Source of the DNA: Nanobdellota archaeon
Lineage (GTDB): Archaea > Nanobdellota > Nanobdellia > Woesearchaeales > JAHWHD01
Length of the DNA stretch: 36,182 nt
Assembly (NCBI GenBank): GCA_034722435.1
Contig: JAYENX010000036.1
Coordinates: forward strand, 1 to 36,182
Direction of reading: 5' to 3'
Shown: positions 8,694 through 17,647 of the stretch, piece after piece
Position numbering within the stretch: the stretch's first letter is position 1
Layout of the letters: each line of letters starts with the position of its first letter
Notes under the pieces: generated by a model
Databases searched by the model: none
Told to the model about the DNA's origin: nothing
Seen by the model: only the letters and a program-made list of their open reading frames with translations
Position numbers and translations under genes: made by a program

Positions 8694-9372
8694 CATCTTT
8701 AGAATAATCTGGAAATAACTTGTTAGCAAACCTCACTTCTGCTTTCACAGAATCCCACAGAAGAAAACCGAACAACTGTTTTTTAAGGCCTGTTTTTATT
8801 ATGATGTCCGGGGGCATAAAGTAAGATGTGTAAATATTATCCTTTATTGTCGCCGCGGTTATAGTTTCTGGATCGAGTTTATCTGCTTGCACTTTCTTAG
8901 CTATCAACTTACACGCATCAACAATCTCTTCCTGACCATTATAATTTAAGCACAGATTAAGAAAAAATCTATCATAATCTTTAGTGTCTGAAATTAACTC
9001 TTTTACTTCTTCAATCAATCCAGATGGGAGGTTGTACCATTTACCTATTATTGACACTTTGACTTGATTGTTTTGTATAATCTCGCTCTCTTTCAAACCT
9101 TTCAAAAACTTGACAAGATAACTCAATAAAATGTCTGGTTTTGACATGAACTGTGGTAATAAATATACTGAAAGAATTCTAACATTGTGGCTAATTTGTT
9201 CATTTATTATCTCGTTAAGAACCTTGACACTTTTTTCATAACCTATGTCAAGAGCTTTACCATTTTTCTCACACCACGCCTCTGTTCCGTTCAATGTCAA
9301 ACCCACATGCAAAGGTACCCGTTTACCTCCTTCTTTCCGTTTTTTCATCAACTCTAAAAACTTTTGAAACAT
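8665..9372 (-). CDS. cis-prenyltransferase (UppS-like) homolog with degenerate active site
   Basis: PLHVG, SVY, LCLNYNGQEEI, PPDIIIKTG, FLLW mark the fold, but DGNxRW reads NGTEAW and there is no C-terminal RxG. Start placed at the ATG at 9372 from TATA spacing; the track start at 9393 is a TTG. Confidence 0.85.
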   Translation of the reverse strand: MFQKFLELMKKRKEGGKRVPLHVGLTLNGTEAWCEKNGKALDIGYEKSVKVLNEIINEQISHNVRILSVYLLPQFMSKPDILLSYLVKFLKGLKESEIIQNNQVKVSIIGKWYNLPSGLIEEVKELISDTKDYDRFFLNLCLNYNGQEEIVDACKLIAKKVQADKLDPETITAATIKDNIYTSYFMPPDIIIKTGLKKQLFGFLLWDSVKAEVRFANKLFPDYSKDDFVKDIRSF

Positions 9373-9427
9373 ACTACTAAGTAATGATACCAAAATATAT
9401 AAATCTTGTTGTTTATAATGTATTTAT

Positions 9428-10285
9428 ATGGTCGATATATTCATTATCATTGTTGCTCTTGTTGTACTTGCGATTGCAAGTTTGAACGATATAAGGACAA
9501 GAGAAGTACCTGACTGGTTATCCTACGGATTGATATTTACAGGTCTCGCGATAGGTACACTAAAATCTATTGCAACTTTAAAATATACATTTATACTTTA
9601 TAGTGCATTTGGTTTTGCAGTTTTCTTTGCAATTGCCTGTTTAATGTACTACACTGGACAATGGGGCGGAGGAGATTCAAAACTTTTGATGGGCCTGGGT
9701 GCATTAATAGGTTTACGATTTGAATATTCCATTCAGTTCATGTTTATGTTCTTGTTTAATCTACTTGTTGTCGGTGCCATCTACGGCTTTGCATGGAGTA
9801 TCACCCTGGCTTTAAAGAATAGACAATCGTTCAGGAAAAGTTATCTTTCGATGTTAAAGGATTCAAAGGTTGCAAAAATGCGTTCGTTAGTAATTACTAT
9901 AAGTATATCTTTTCTAATACTTTTCATAGTCTCATTATTTGTTTTTAATACCTTTACAGCAATTCCTTTACTTATGATTTCAATGCTAGCATTCCTATTC
10001 TTTTATTTGTTCATCTTTTCTAAATCTGTAGAAAACTCTTGTATGGTAAAACCTTATCCTGTATCTAAACTTACAGAGGGAGACTGGATAGCTAATGATG
10101 TTATTATCAAAGGAAAACATATCTGTGGCCCTAAAGACCTTGGTATAAGCAAGAAACAGATTTTAATCCTGCAAAAGCTTAAACTTAAATCAGTTTTAGT
10201 AAAAGAAGGAATTCCATTTGTACCAAGTTTCTTTTTTGCGTTCATAGCAACCTGGTTAATCGGTAACTGGTTTTTATTACTATAA
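9428..10285 (+). CDS. Prepilin/prearchaellin peptidase (A24 family, PibD/FlaK-like)
   Basis: SLNDIRTREVPD, WGGGDSKLL catalytic Asp pair, multiple TM helices, EGDW and GIPFVPSF near the C-terminus. Confidence 0.92.
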   Translation: MVDIFIIIVALVVLAIASLNDIRTREVPDWLSYGLIFTGLAIGTLKSIATLKYTFILYSAFGFAVFFAIACLMYYTGQWGGGDSKLLMGLGALIGLRFEYSIQFMFMFLFNLLVVGAIYGFAWSITLALKNRQSFRKSYLSMLKDSKVAKMRSLVITISISFLILFIVSLFVFNTFTAIPLLMISMLAFLFFYLFIFSKSVENSCMVKPYPVSKLTEGDWIANDVIIKGKHICGPKDLGISKKQILILQKLKLKSVLVKEGIPFVPSFFFAFIATWLIGNWFLLL

Positions 10286-10407
10286 CTTCATGATAACTTT
10301 CCCCATAATTTATTTATACCTTTTTTCTATAATATATTTTTAAGGATAAACTTGTTTATATGTTATATCTGCATTTATTCTATAAAACTTATTAAAGGTG
10401 ATATTTT

Positions 10408-10866
10408 ATGACTAAAAAAAATATAAAAAAGCCAGTTAAAAAAGATTCAACAGATTCTAAAATAATAGATAATTATCCTAATTCAACTTATGATTGTTTC
10501 AATGTATACCGAGCGACAGATACAAGGCCGGGTCAAGACGTTTATTTCTTAGAGGGTCATAGAGGAAAAAGTTTCGATTTTGGGACTGCTTTATGTGACG
10601 AAACAAAAAAGGGTTGGGAAGAAATTAAATCTGTTGCTCCTTCTCATGCGGGTAATGACCAAGCGGCACTTACTCAAAAAGAACTTGTAGGGTATATCGC
10701 AAGGAATTATGTGCGCGGCGGTAGTCCTATTATTTACACTGAAAAATCGCAAATACATCCTGAAAGAATGTTCGGGAGTGCTCATGGTAAGTACGTGTTT
10801 AAACGAGTTTCAACATTCGAACTTGAAGATCTTGTTGAAAGTGTATCTAAAACACTTCAGGGTTAG
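10408..10866 (+). CDS. Hypothetical protein
   Basis: 152-aa ORF, GGTGA SD upstream; no recognised family. Confidence 0.7.
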   Translation: MTKKNIKKPVKKDSTDSKIIDNYPNSTYDCFNVYRATDTRPGQDVYFLEGHRGKSFDFGTALCDETKKGWEEIKSVAPSHAGNDQAALTQKELVGYIARNYVRGGSPIIYTEKSQIHPERMFGSAHGKYVFKRVSTFELEDLVESVSKTLQG

Positions 10867-10870
10867 AAAA

Positions 10871-11206
10871 ATGGACATATTCAATATTTATTATAAAACA
10901 AATTTTGCCGATGATTCGAATACAGAGATGAGATATTTTGTAGAAGGTGGCGACCATCATGAATTCAAACTTCTCAAATATAAAGGAAAAGATTACCATT
11001 CCAATTTCAAATGTATTGCAGTCACAGTCGCGGCTAACTACACTGGTGCATTCAACGATCTTACACTTCTTTTTGAAAGACCTCAGCGTATGCATAACCG
11101 TGGTAAGTTCGGGATTATAAAAGGAGAATTGGTTGCTAGTTTTGATGTTTCTGCACAAAAAATGCTTGCAAGAGAGATAAAAATTGAATTAGAAGGTCGT
11201 AGTTAA
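10871..11206 (+). CDS. Hypothetical protein
   Basis: 111-aa 3' part of the 10709-11206 track ORF; ATG lies 4 nt after the upstream stop. Confidence 0.6.
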   Translation: MDIFNIYYKTNFADDSNTEMRYFVEGGDHHEFKLLKYKGKDYHSNFKCIAVTVAANYTGAFNDLTLLFERPQRMHNRGKFGIIKGELVASFDVSAQKMLAREIKIELEGRS

Positions 11207-11733
11207 GGCATTCTATCAAGCTGTTTAATTAAATAATTTTCTTCATCTTCTTCCTGCTCAATAGTTTCAATATCGTTAAGTTCATCTTTTACTTTTTTCT
11301 TTTCTTGTTTTTTATTTTCTTTCTTATCTTTACTTTTACCTTCAAGACCTTCCTTAATAAGAAGTCCAAAACCTTGTAATTCATCTTCAGAAAACTTTTG
11401 CGCTTCCCACACAAAGTTTAATCCGTCACTTTCAACACGTGGGATTACGTCTACAGAAAAATGTGGCACTTCCTGTCCAGGAATTCCATTCTGTACAACT
11501 ATATTTGTGCCTTGAACACTTAAAGTCTCAAACACTAAAGCACTTAACTTATTAGATACTTGGAAAATGTGCGTTACAGTTTCATCAGGAACTTCCTCAT
11601 ATATTCTATAATGTTCTTTTGGAACTATTTTTATATGCCCTTTAATGATTGCATTTGCAGGAAGAAAAGCAACCACCTTATCATCTTCATAAATTATTTT
11701 CTCTTTCACATCGCAATATTCGCAACCAGTCAT
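11203..11733 (-). CDS. HIT-family protein with degenerate triad (HFSVD) and acidic/basic tail
   Basis: CEYC, IYEDDKVVAFL, GHIKIVPKEH, GTNI, GQEVPHFSVDVIPR. Confidence 0.9.
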   Translation of the reverse strand: MTGCEYCDVKEKIIYEDDKVVAFLPANAIIKGHIKIVPKEHYRIYEEVPDETVTHIFQVSNKLSALVFETLSVQGTNIVVQNGIPGQEVPHFSVDVIPRVESDGLNFVWEAQKFSEDELQGFGLLIKEGLEGKSKDKKENKKQEKKKVKDELNDIETIEQEEDEENYLIKQLDRMP

Positions 11734-12461
11734 CCTAACAGATTAGCGATAGCATCTAAATCGATACCTTCACTCTCCTCAATCTTTTTATCCAGTTCTT
11801 CTTCAGAAGGTTCTTCCTTCTTCGATTTTTTAGAAACTTTCTTCTTAACCTTTTTCTTCACCGTTTTTTTAGAACTCTTTTTTTCTTTTTTAATTTCTTT
11901 TTTCACAGATTCTGTTTTTTCTTCTACCTTCGCCTCAATTTCTGCGTTCCCAGGTTTATACCCTATCTTGGCTGTAAGTTTTTCTTTAATAGATTCAATA
12001 TCTTGCTTCTTCAGTTTTTTAGTATTAAACTCTAATGCTTCAATTTCATCACCTTCATATCGCGGGATGATGTGTATCATGAAATGTTGAGCTCTTTGGC
12101 CGGCAACACCGCCATTAGCTATAAATATAGTTGTACCTGTAGCTTTTAATTTTTTAAGAACTGCGTTGCTTAACTTTTTTGCAATTATGAACATGTGCCC
12201 TAGAACTTCCTGCGGAACAATTGGCATGATAGCATAATGTTCTTTGGGCATAAGCAATATGTGTCCTTTACCTGCAGGGTTGATATCAAGAATTGCTAAA
12301 ACCTTATCATCTTCATACACTTTCTTTCCAGGAATTTTTCCCGAAATTATTTGACAGAATATACAATTTTGTTTTTGATACGCTTGCAACTCCTCTGGAG
12401 ACATGTTCTTAATCTTCTCCTGTAAAGCTGCCATATCCTGTTCAGACATCTGTTGCTGCAT
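11730..12461 (-). CDS. HIT-family protein with degenerate triad (HFMIH) and Lys-rich tail
   Basis: CIFCQII, VYEDDKVLAILDINP, GHILLMPKEH, GQRAQHFMIHIIPR. Start moved to the ATG at 12461, about 20 nt after the TATA at 12492-12481. Confidence 0.9.
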   Translation of the reverse strand: MQQQMSEQDMAALQEKIKNMSPEELQAYQKQNCIFCQIISGKIPGKKVYEDDKVLAILDINPAGKGHILLMPKEHYAIMPIVPQEVLGHMFIIAKKLSNAVLKKLKATGTTIFIANGGVAGQRAQHFMIHIIPRYEGDEIEALEFNTKKLKKQDIESIKEKLTAKIGYKPGNAEIEAKVEEKTESVKKEIKKEKKSSKKTVKKKVKKKVSKKSKKEEPSEEELDKKIEESEGIDLDAIANLLG

Positions 12462-12480
12462 ACCACTTTCTTTAATTCTA

Positions 12481-12520
12481 TTTATATATAAATGTTTCTC
12501 AACCTCAGTTATTTTTATAA
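12481..12520. promoter_or_regulatory. Divergent TATA boxes for the HIT pair (-) and the LAGLIDADG-HTH gene (+)
   Basis: TTTATATATAAA (12492-12481, minus) and TTTTATAA (12513-12520, plus), each about 20-24 nt before an ATG, consistent with leaderless transcripts. Confidence 0.55.
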
Positions 12521-12543
12521 GAAACTCTCCTGTTACACTATAC

Positions 12544-13353
12544 ATGGTTAATCAATTTGTTTTTGATAAGGATTCTGAGGAAAACAATTACGTTCTGGGA
12601 GCATTCTATGCTTGCTGTATTCCTCATGGCAAAAGCGGTTTTATGCTCAGGTCATCAAATAATGGCCTTGTAGAAATCGTGAAAGGTTTGTTAAATATTT
12701 CAAAACCTATCATACCTGATTCACGGGGTAAATCTTCGTATACTCTTCAGGTTGGTCGTGTCCATCGCCTTCGTAGAGAACTCTTATTCATGGGAATTAC
12801 TGAACCTAAGGACCAAAGAGAATTTCCTAATATTTCCGCGGGCTATATTGATCATTTTGTAAGGGGTTTCATGGACGGTATCCCTAGTTGTTGCACTAAG
12901 AACGGTATTAATATCTCTTTTCAGTCTAAAGAATTCGTGACTAGTTTACACGACGTCCTTGTAGATTACGCAAATATAATTCCTAAGAGGCAAATGTCAA
13001 ATTCTCATTTTAAACTTATTGGTAAAGATGTTGAGAAGTTAAAAGATTTTTTATATGCAGACTGGGAAACTATTGAAGGTATGAGTATTTATTTACCTGA
13101 GAAAAAAGCTGCTTTCGATACTTACCTAGAAACTTGCGACCTTACATCTAAAAAACGTGATTGGAAAGCTCAAGAACTTAAAGCTGAGGCTACCGAAAAA
13201 ATTGAATTTGCAAAACAGTTATTATGGGGAGAATCCCCTGCTGGAGTATCAACCATTCTTGGCTATGCTCATAGATCTGCTTTTTATCGCCAATTCAAAC
13301 GAAAAGTCGGAATGACCCCTGGTGAGTATAAAGATTCACTTAAACTATCTTAG
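12544..13353 (+). CDS. Degenerate double-motif LAGLIDADG domain fused to a C-terminal AraC-type HTH
   Basis: YVLGAFYACC and HFVRGFMDGIP helices, FPNI, FLY...YLPEKK..F; C-terminus AKQLL...STILGY.HRSAFYRQFKRKVGMTPGEYK. Confidence 0.8.
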   Translation: MVNQFVFDKDSEENNYVLGAFYACCIPHGKSGFMLRSSNNGLVEIVKGLLNISKPIIPDSRGKSSYTLQVGRVHRLRRELLFMGITEPKDQREFPNISAGYIDHFVRGFMDGIPSCCTKNGINISFQSKEFVTSLHDVLVDYANIIPKRQMSNSHFKLIGKDVEKLKDFLYADWETIEGMSIYLPEKKAAFDTYLETCDLTSKKRDWKAQELKAEATEKIEFAKQLLWGESPAGVSTILGYAHRSAFYRQFKRKVGMTPGEYKDSLKLS

Positions 13354-13392
13354 AAACTAAACATTTAAATATTAAAATTCTTTAATAAACCT

Positions 13393-13890
13393 ATGTTCAA
13401 ATCAAAAAGAGGTATATCACCATTAGTTGCTACTTTACTTCTGATAGGTTTCGCTGTTGCATTAGGCGGAGTTGTAATGTCTTGGGGCCAGAACATTGTA
13501 GAGGAAGGTGCTGCAGGCCACGCATCCTGTGTAGATGTAAATGTCAAAGTCCAATCTCTTCCAGGAATTGGCAAAAAAGTTTGTTACGGCGGTGTTGGTC
13601 CAGGTGGTTTTATTGACTTTGTTCTTGAGAACGATGCACCTTTCGCAGTAGACGGTGTAAATGTTTGGATATTTGGCCAGGCATTTGATCATAGCAATAT
13701 TGTTAAAGTAACTGACGTATCTGGTTTAGATATAAAGGCAGGCGAACCTTATGTGGGCCATATACTTTACGATTTTACAAGATTCGGCACTATTACTTCT
13801 GTACACTTAGTACCTAAAGTACTTCAGAAAGATAGCTATGTCCTTTGCCACGATCAAGCAGTCGTTATTGAAGATATTTCTGTATGTTAA
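13393..13890 (+). CDS. Archaeal type IV pilin-like protein (class III signal peptide)
   Basis: MFKSKRG|ISPLVATLLLIGFAVALGGVVMSWG; paired Cys in the globular domain. Confidence 0.88.
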   Translation: MFKSKRGISPLVATLLLIGFAVALGGVVMSWGQNIVEEGAAGHASCVDVNVKVQSLPGIGKKVCYGGVGPGGFIDFVLENDAPFAVDGVNVWIFGQAFDHSNIVKVTDVSGLDIKAGEPYVGHILYDFTRFGTITSVHLVPKVLQKDSYVLCHDQAVVIEDISVC

Positions 13891-13929
13891 ACCAAAAACT
13901 TTTTATTATCTTTAAAATTAAACCTTTCT

Positions 13930-14697
13930 ATGAAAATAATTCTTCATCTGGATAAGTCTTTAGAAGAGAACGCTTCTTTGTACTATGATAAGGCTAAGAA
14001 ATGTAAGAAAAAGATTGAAGGCGCAAAAAAAGCTTTAGATAATTCTCTAAGAAAACTTAAGAAACTAGAAAAAAATAAACCCGAAGAAATCATAACTAAA
14101 GTTAAAGAAACTGTTAAAAGAGAATGGTACGAGAAATTTCGATGGTTCCATTCATCAGAAGGATTTTTAGTTGTCTGTGGTAAAGACGCAACATCAAATG
14201 ACATAGTAATCAAGAAACATATGGATAAAGAAGATATAGTTTTCCATACTTCGATGCCTGGCTCACCTTTTTGTATAATCAAAACAGAGGGTAAACCAGT
14301 TACAGAAAAAACTTTAAACGAAACTGCTCAGCAAACTGCTTCATACTCAAAAGCTTGGAAACTCGGTATTGCTGCTGCCGAAGTGTTTCATGTGAAGCCT
14401 GACCAGGTTACAAAAACTGCGTTATCCGGAGAATACATAGCTAAAGGCGCTTTCATGATTTATGGTAAAAAGAATCTTATGACTGCAAAACTCGAAATAG
14501 CTATAGGTAATAAAGATGGTAAAATAATTGGCGGTCCTGTAGAAGCTATTAAAGCTCAAACAAAAGATTATGTCCGAGTAACGCAAGGCAAAGGTAAAAC
14601 TTCTGACATCGCAAAAAAGATTAAAAAAAAGATTGGTGGAGATCTGGACGAAATTGTAAGATTTCTACCCGCTGGCGGTTGTGAAATTAAAAAATAA
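13930..14697 (+). CDS. N-terminally truncated NFACT/Rqc2-like protein (NFACT-R and C-terminal part)
   Basis: ENASLYYDKAKK, WYEKFRWF.SSEGFLV..GKDA.SND, VFH...PGSPF, VTK...SGEY..KGAFMIYGK. Confidence 0.85.
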   Translation: MKIILHLDKSLEENASLYYDKAKKCKKKIEGAKKALDNSLRKLKKLEKNKPEEIITKVKETVKREWYEKFRWFHSSEGFLVVCGKDATSNDIVIKKHMDKEDIVFHTSMPGSPFCIIKTEGKPVTEKTLNETAQQTASYSKAWKLGIAAAEVFHVKPDQVTKTALSGEYIAKGAFMIYGKKNLMTAKLEIAIGNKDGKIIGGPVEAIKAQTKDYVRVTQGKGKTSDIAKKIKKKIGGDLDEIVRFLPAGGCEIKK

Positions 14698-14704
14698 TTA
14701 GTTT

Positions 14705-15817
14705 TTACCGTTGATGTTGATTTTCATCCAATTTGTAAATTTTCTCATTAATCACAACAGGCATATACCTTTTATCTATACGTAAACTTTTACCTATAAA
14801 AGGATATCTCTTCTTTTTTTCAAAAATAAAAAATTCATCACTATTTCTAAATCTTACTTCATCTCTCGCTTTTTCAAGCAATTCCATTTCATATCTTTCA
14901 TGAAATCTTAGACTTCTTTCTTCACTTTCTTGTTTTGAAAATTCAAGTATTGTTTGATAATCTAATTGTTCTGTAAATCCTGTTGGATCTACAAATTTTT
15001 TTGCAGTCTCAAGAAAGATACTTAAAGCATCATTTATGGAAGTTTTTCGTTTGCGTCTTTTCATAAAACTTCTTCTTGAATATTCTTCTTCAAAGATTTC
15101 TTCAGCCACGTCAATTAATTCCGAAGATTCTACCTCTCCATTCGGAAAGAATCTCTCGTGAAATTGAATTAATATATCAAGACTTAGTTTTACATTATTT
15201 GTTGAGTAGGATTCGGATTCCCAATCGAATCCATGCATTGTTAAAACTTCTCTTGCTTCATAAAACTCTCTTACTTCATTTAAATTATAACCTCTTTTGA
15301 TGATTTTTTCAATTTCAGTAAAATTAGTTTTATAATTATCCATTATTAGAACAACTTCCTGTGCCTGATCTACGTTAAGAGCATGATCCTCTGCAAATTT
15401 TTGAAAATATTCAGCTGTACGACTATTAACTATATCTTTATCTACTTTTGAAGATCTTTTTAATGATGATATAACCCGGGCAGTTTGACTTGTTTTTGAA
15501 GAGTTTTTTAATTGTGGGGTAATCTGTGCAGTTTGATCTACTTCTTTACCAAAATGTTCAATTTGATAAAATTTAGCCATGAATTGTTGTTGTGTCATTC
15601 CTTGCAAAGATCTTGACTCTAGAGCGTTCTTGTATGGATCACTTAATTTTGAAATATCAACATTTTGACTGTATTTTGAATGATTTTCAACTCTTCTAAT
15701 TTCAGAATCTGACATTGACATGAGTTGTACATAACTATTTAGCATTGATTCGATTCTTGTTTTTTTTAAATCTAATATAGAACTTACACGTTTAACATAT
15801 TGTTTTATTTTATTCAT
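14705..15817 (-). CDS. Hypothetical protein (charged, predicted helical)
   Basis: 370-aa ORF; no recognised motif. Confidence 0.75.
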   Translation of the reverse strand: MNKIKQYVKRVSSILDLKKTRIESMLNSYVQLMSMSDSEIRRVENHSKYSQNVDISKLSDPYKNALESRSLQGMTQQQFMAKFYQIEHFGKEVDQTAQITPQLKNSSKTSQTARVISSLKRSSKVDKDIVNSRTAEYFQKFAEDHALNVDQAQEVVLIMDNYKTNFTEIEKIIKRGYNLNEVREFYEAREVLTMHGFDWESESYSTNNVKLSLDILIQFHERFFPNGEVESSELIDVAEEIFEEEYSRRSFMKRRKRKTSINDALSIFLETAKKFVDPTGFTEQLDYQTILEFSKQESEERSLRFHERYEMELLEKARDEVRFRNSDEFFIFEKKKRYPFIGKSLRIDKRYMPVVINEKIYKLDENQHQR

Positions 15818-15964
15818 TTTAGTTTCCTCTTGTTGATTTAACTGTGTTAATGATTATTCCTTTATAAATGTTTCTTTTTTAACTACTGGTGAATGGCAAA
15901 TCGAGTCTATCCTAAACATTTATAAACCTCAATCTCTAAAATAATACTAAAAAGGGGTTTTTTA

Positions 15965-17647
15965 ATGACAGACGCAAATATATTTATCCAGATAGGTTAT
16001 GTTATCATAATTGCAACTTTGGGTGGATATATTGCAAAACTGTTCAAACAACCACTTATTCCTGCATACATTCTTGTTGGACTTATAATAGGCCCAATTC
16101 TTGGCATTATAACTAATTCTCTTATTATTGCGTCACTATCGGAGATAGGCATTGCTTTCTTGTTATTCATTGTAGGTCTTGAAATTAATTTAGACAGACT
16201 AAAACATGTCGCAGGCGTTGCAACTGTGGGGGGAGTTATACAGGTAGCTCTTATGTTCACTGCAGGTTTTCTCATCGCTTTATGTCTTGGATTTCTTCAA
16301 ATAGAAGCTGCATATATTGGTTTAATAATTGCATTTTCATCTACGATGGTTGTTGTTAAGATTCTTTCTGATAAGAAACAAATTGATACTTTACACGGAA
16401 GAATTATTTTAGGTATCTTACTTATGCAAGATATTCTTGCTATGTTCGCTTTATTAGTTCTTACTACGCTTAACGAGTTTTCATTTTTAGTGCTCGTCAT
16501 GGCAATGATAAAAGGCGTGGTGTTACTGGCAGTTGCACTTTTCGCAAGTAAATACGTTTTCCCTTCATTTTTTAAATTCGCTGCCAGGTCACAAGAACTA
16601 CTTTTCCTGGTATCTATAACTGTGATGTTCCTTTTTTCAATCCTTTTTGCAAGGTTCGGATTTTCAATCGCAATAGGTGCGTTCGTGGGAGGTCTTACTA
16701 TAGGTTCTCTGCCTTACAATATCGAGATTATTGGAAAACTAAAATCATTAAGAGACTTTTTTGCAACCATATTCTTTGTCTCGCTAGGACTTGGCTTATC
16801 TATTATGTATCTGAAAGAGTTAGTTGTCCCTCTTATCTTGCTAACTTTAGTCGTAGTACTGTTTAAACCTTTCATAACAATAATTTTATGTAACTGGTTT
16901 GGTTACAAAAAACATCCTGCTTTTTTGACTGGTATCTCTTTAGGACAGGTTTCAGAGTTTGGTTTAATAGTTGTTTTTGCAGGTCTTACCCTGGGACACA
17001 TCTCGGATCAAATTTATAATTTAGCTATATTCCTTGCAATCATCACTATAGCTCTTACCTCTTACTTCATGGGCTATGATAACAAGATTTATGCTCTATT
17101 TGCTAAAAAGTTAGCAGTTTTTGAAAAAATATCTCGGGGAACAAAACATTTGGAGTATGTTCCTGATAAGATGAAAAAAGATGTCATCCTTGTTGGTTAT
17201 AACAGGACAGGTTATAGTATTGTTAATACTTTAAAGAAAACTAAAAAATCGTTTTTAGTAGTAGACTACAATCCCGAAGTTGTTAAAACACTTATTGAGA
17301 AAAAAGTTCCTTGTATTTACGGCGACATTGGCGATACTGAAATTGTTGAACGTATGAATCTTAAGAAAGCTAAACTTATAATTTCTACAATTGATGATCA
17401 CATGGACAATAAACTCTTAATAAGACATGCTAAAAAAGCTAATAAGAAACTTTTGGTTTTCGTAGTTGCTGCACACGTCAGAGACGCTCTTGAACTTTAC
17501 GATTTTGGTGCTGATTATGTTATTCTACCTCATCTCCTGGGCGGAGAAAAAATGAGCTTTATGCTGGAACATCATGCTGGAAAGATTTCAAAACTTCTTA
17601 AAGAGAAATTAAAACATATTAAACAGTTACAGAAAAGGCATAGTTAA
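15965..17647 (+). CDS. CPA2-family cation:proton antiporter (Kef-like) with C-terminal KTN/RCK domain
   Basis: About 12 TM helices, GIAFLLFIVGLE, SSTMVV, QD motif, SLGQVSEF; C-terminal VILVGYNRTG...VVDYNP...IYGD. Confidence 0.92.
   Translation: MTDANIFIQIGYVIIIATLGGYIAKLFKQPLIPAYILVGLIIGPILGIITNSLIIASLSEIGIAFLLFIVGLEINLDRLKHVAGVATVGGVIQVALMFTAGFLIALCLGFLQIEAAYIGLIIAFSSTMVVVKILSDKKQIDTLHGRIILGILLMQDILAMFALLVLTTLNEFSFLVLVMAMIKGVVLLAVALFASKYVFPSFFKFAARSQELLFLVSITVMFLFSILFARFGFSIAIGAFVGGLTIGSLPYNIEIIGKLKSLRDFFATIFFVSLGLGLSIMYLKELVVPLILLTLVVVLFKPFITIILCNWFGYKKHPAFLTGISLGQVSEFGLIVVFAGLTLGHISDQIYNLAIFLAIITIALTSYFMGYDNKIYALFAKKLAVFEKISRGTKHLEYVPDKMKKDVILVGYNRTGYSIVNTLKKTKKSFLVVDYNPEVVKTLIEKKVPCIYGDIGDTEIVERMNLKKAKLIISTIDDHMDNKLLIRHAKKANKKLLVFVVAAHVRDALELYDFGADYVILPHLLGGEKMSFMLEHHAGKISKLLKEKLKHIKQLQKRHS

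Noticed and set aside
12403-12545. Overlapping N-terminal extensions of the HIT and LAGLIDADG ORFs
   Set aside because: Two divergent TATA boxes in 12481-12520 fit starts at 12461 (-) and 12544 (+), which removes the overlap.
12544-13353. Active homing endonuclease, intein or group I intron
   Set aside because: Catalytic acids are missing, there are no Hint splice motifs, and no interrupted host gene flanks it.
9428-13890. Prepilin peptidase and pilin as a novel pilus locus
   Set aside because: Both are ordinary archaeal type IV pilus components, about 3 kb apart, with no ATPase or platform gene here.
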